A DNA stretch of 36,680 nucleotides from Octopus sinensis (lineage: Eukaryota), in contig NW_021828083.1 in NCBI RefSeq assembly GCF_006345805.1, positions 1 through 36,680 of the forward strand, in the 5' to 3' direction. Below, piece after piece: positions 33,401 to 36,680 of the stretch. Position 1 is the first letter of the stretch, and each line of letters opens with the position of its first letter. The notes below the pieces were generated by a model that was not told the origin of the DNA, searched no databases, and worked only from the letters and a program-made list of their open reading frames with translations. The translations under genes were made by a program, and so were the position numbers.

Positions 33401-34377
33401 CGTGTTTGTGTTTGTCTTCGTGAATGTGTACAGCTGTACAGCTAAAAACGTAACTGAGAAGAAACTGGGGGAAATTAGCCGTGTTACTATCATGGTGGCT
33501 ACTTTGGTTGCGAGCTTAATTCACGTCTAACATTATTTGTGTTTTAGAAGCGGAGTTTCTTTTTCTCCATCACAAAACAACCCCACCCACCCCTACTCCT
33601 GCCTGCAACCACGAAAGAAAAAAAAAAGGGAGAAAATAGACACAGAAAAAAATTTTTTTTTTTTTTTCAGATAGTAAAAACAATAATTCTGTATATATAT
33701 TTTATATATACCACAACGATTGTGTGTATATAGTTTGAGGTATTAATTTATTGGTTATGTTTATCATGGTATACGTTCCCCCATGTCATTATTATTTATA
33801 ATGTTGAGCTAAGAAAGTTTAGCAACGAGGCTAATTCCGAAGTTCTTGTCGTAATTATGTTCTATGAATCCGCCAGTACTTTCTCACAGACACACAATCA
33901 GTCATTCACACAAGCACAGACACACACGGAACGCAACAACACACGGATCTAATTGCATATACATTCGAAGACATAAGCATACATGAATACGCAGACATGT
34001 AGAGAGAGAGACATTTACGCAGAGCCACGGAGACAAGAAGATACTTATATACATATACACACACACAAACATACGCATTCACACACTACCACACATATTC
34101 CATGTGCCTACTCACACATATATACATATAAACATTCGCACGCACATACATACATATACACAATCACATACATACGCAAACAGGACACATACGCATTCAG
34201 GTTTAAATAATGATGGACAAAACAAGCTGTTTACCTTCCCTTGTTACGTAGCAGGTGCTCGGTCGAAATATATTCAAAATTAAAAAAGGGAAAGAGAATA
34301 CACACACACACACACACGTACCTATATACATGCATACATACATACATACATACATACATCATACATACATACATACA

Positions 34378-34409
<32 letters not shown>

Positions 34410-34431
34410 AACATACATACTTATACGTACG

Positions 34432-35040
34432 GAGTACTGGTGGAATGTCGCAGTGAAAACCTCAATAAAATGTAAGCACAACAGACCTGATATAATGATT
34501 TGGGATAGAGAAGAGAAACTGTTCGCAGTTATGGAAATTAGCTGCCCTGCAGATTGTGACATGAAGCTAAAGATCATAGAAAAAGAGAATACCTACGCTG
34601 AACTATTGAGAAATCTGCAAGTACTCTATCAAGATTACAAGTACAGGTTTATACCTGTAATTATTGGGGCCCTGGTATATGTAACACACTGCCTAAAAAC
34701 CAATCTTGAGAAAATAGGCTTCTCAAAACCAGAAAGGAGAAAGCTAATTCGAAGACTACAGATCCAATCCATCAGTGGAACTGTAAAACTTTCCAGAAGT
34801 CTATCATTTAAATATATATGAGCATGTCTAGATATGCAACTATATGCATGAGAATGCGTACATAAAGCATACAAATCTGCACATACATATGTGCATACAT
34901 ACATACATACATACAAACATACAAACAAACAAATAAACAAAAGTACCCTGTTGTTGATGTTGAAATTCCATGATCTATGTTAGAAGCCGGTTCTTTCTCT
35001 TTTGGCAAAAACATCTTAAAATAAACTGAATAATGACACA
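34432..35040 (+). mobile_element. 5'-truncated R4/Dong-like LINE: RLE endonuclease C-terminus plus 3' UTR, within (TACA)n
   Basis: YWWNVAVKTSIKCKHNRPDIMIWDREEK...MEISCP...K...EKENTY..L...FIPVIIGAL is a PD-(D/E)xK-type RLE signature. Confidence 0.9.
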
Positions 35041-35950
35041 CATACATGGCACAGACACACAGACGCAGACAGACAGACAGACACACACACACACACACAC
35101 ACACACAACACACACACACACACACACACAATGACATGCACTCATACACATGTGTTCAAATGCATGTATGCAATTATTGCCATTGTCGTTTTTTGTTCCT
35201 GAAGAAAAGGGAAAACATCGTTTTTTTTTCTCATTTCTTTCGGCTGATAGCTGTAATGAAGTCCTCACTCCTGCAACATAAATACTGTTCGACTTGCATA
35301 AAACTAACGACCGAAATAAACACTATAATAGCAACATGACTAATTCCCAATGCTTATATTCTAAGAAACATACCTATATTCATTCGTAGACAAAATTCTA
35401 TTCACACGACGGGTTCTAACTAATTGCAAACTCTCACAACGAAAAGAAACATCCACTGCTTCGGGAAAACATCAGAGTTATAGTTATAGAGGTTTCGGTT
35501 CTAAATTTTGATACTTATATCCGAACGGTTTACAATGACCAATATGTCAATCGGGAGATGTGGATTCGAGTCGTACAGGCAGCCGAGAAATTTCTAATTC
35601 AAAAAGGTTTTAAGACATGAAGTCGTTGAAATTTTAAACTTTATTGGCTTCGAGATTCAGTGTTCCTCGAAAGAATTATTTGACGTTCTCAAAAGTTGAT
35701 GTCGAAAACACACACACACACACACATGCTAATATCGAACCGTAATAATTGGTGCTCAACTAGATTACCTATAGTTTCGTGTGAGCTGAAACATTTTACC
35801 TTTGCCCATATAAAACAGTAAATGAATTAATTGCATCGCAATTCTTAACATTTATGTATTACTTTGTTGGGCACTTCACTAGCAGTATATTGGATATATG
35901 TTATCCCATGGAGGGTTGCACTTACAACCCCTATCTCAATTTATATATTA

Positions 35951-35981
<31 letters not shown>

Positions 35982-35982
<1 letters not shown>

Positions 35983-36025
35983 ATGTATGTATGTATGTAT
36001 GTATGTATGTATGTATGTATGTATG

Positions 36026-36053
<28 letters not shown>
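35982..36053. repeat. (TATG)n microsatellite
   Basis: Direct reading. Confidence 0.98.
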
Positions 36054-36056
<3 letters not shown>

Positions 36057-36332
36057 TATACGTGAATGTAAGTATCTATGTATAAGTTGATTCGGTCATC
36101 CAGAACGAATTCTAATTGAAACTAAAAGTCTCTCCATCAACGAAAACCAAGCGGTCAAAATGAACGCCCGATTCTTCAAATACGTTTCCGTTTGATGAAA
36201 TTTAATTTTAGATAATTTTGCTTTCGCCAAATGAAAATAGTTACATTCTACCTTTGATACCATTAACATACGTGTGTGTGTGAGTGCATACAGATACACA
36301 CATGTTTTGTATATGCGTATATACATACATGC

Positions 36333-36369
<37 letters not shown>

Positions 36370-36634
36370 ACATATATATATATACATACTTCTCGTCTCT
36401 CTCTCTCTCTCTCTCTCCTCTCCCCTCTCTCTCTCTCCTACATCTATCATATATATATATAGTAGAAGAATAAGCTATAACCCTTTGACTGCTATTTCTA
36501 AATTCGGTATGTGGTAAGGCAACTCGTTGCTAAACCCTTATTGCTTGTAAATATATATATATATATAACATATATATATGTGTGTGTATGTGTAGGTAAA
36601 ATTTATTTTAACGTACCGAACTACTTGGTAAAAT

Positions 36635-36664
36635 ATTAATTAATTAATTAATTAATTAATTAAT
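36635..36664. repeat. (TAAT)n self-complementary repeat
   Basis: Direct reading. Confidence 0.95.
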
Positions 36665-36680
36665 TTTACCCTTTATTTTA

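Noticed and set aside
33434-33530. Plus-strand frame CTAKNVTEKKLGEISRVTIMVATLVASLIHV*
   Set aside because: The acceptor lies in TG-rich microsatellite-derived sequence and the peptide is not recognised

Overview
AT-rich, microsatellite-saturated eukaryotic intronic/intergenic DNA. The repeat families and (TA)n/(TACA)n/(GATA)n density suggest a coleoid cephalopod such as octopus; this is inference, not a database result. No intact protein-coding gene is visible, and almost all listed ORFs are microsatellite or SINE artefacts. Recognisable content: (1) one ~3.2 kb 5'-truncated, frameshifted APE-endonuclease/RT LINE of the CR1/L2/Jockey group (2366-5575) plus two 3' relics; (2) RLE-type (R4/Dong-like) LINE 3' fragments, four of one family all sitting in (TACA)n tracts; (3) more than 20 tRNA-derived SINE copies built from interchangeable head/core/tail modules, with tails matching LINE 3' ends and showing compensatory stem changes; (4) several fold-back inverted repeats. 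The most notable signal is a set of minimal type I hammerhead ribozyme motifs from at least four unrelated repeat families, with no autonomous Penelope ORF in the window: one with a fully canonical core (18216-18298), one with a U3-A8 compensatory core (7736-7777), an A6U family with no stem III loop (26267-26304 and 7425-7461) and an inverted pair with U4C cores (13403-13500). A few splice-signal-bounded candidate host exons on the minus strand are reported at low to moderate confidence. All folds and alignments were done by eye, and cleavage activity is untested.
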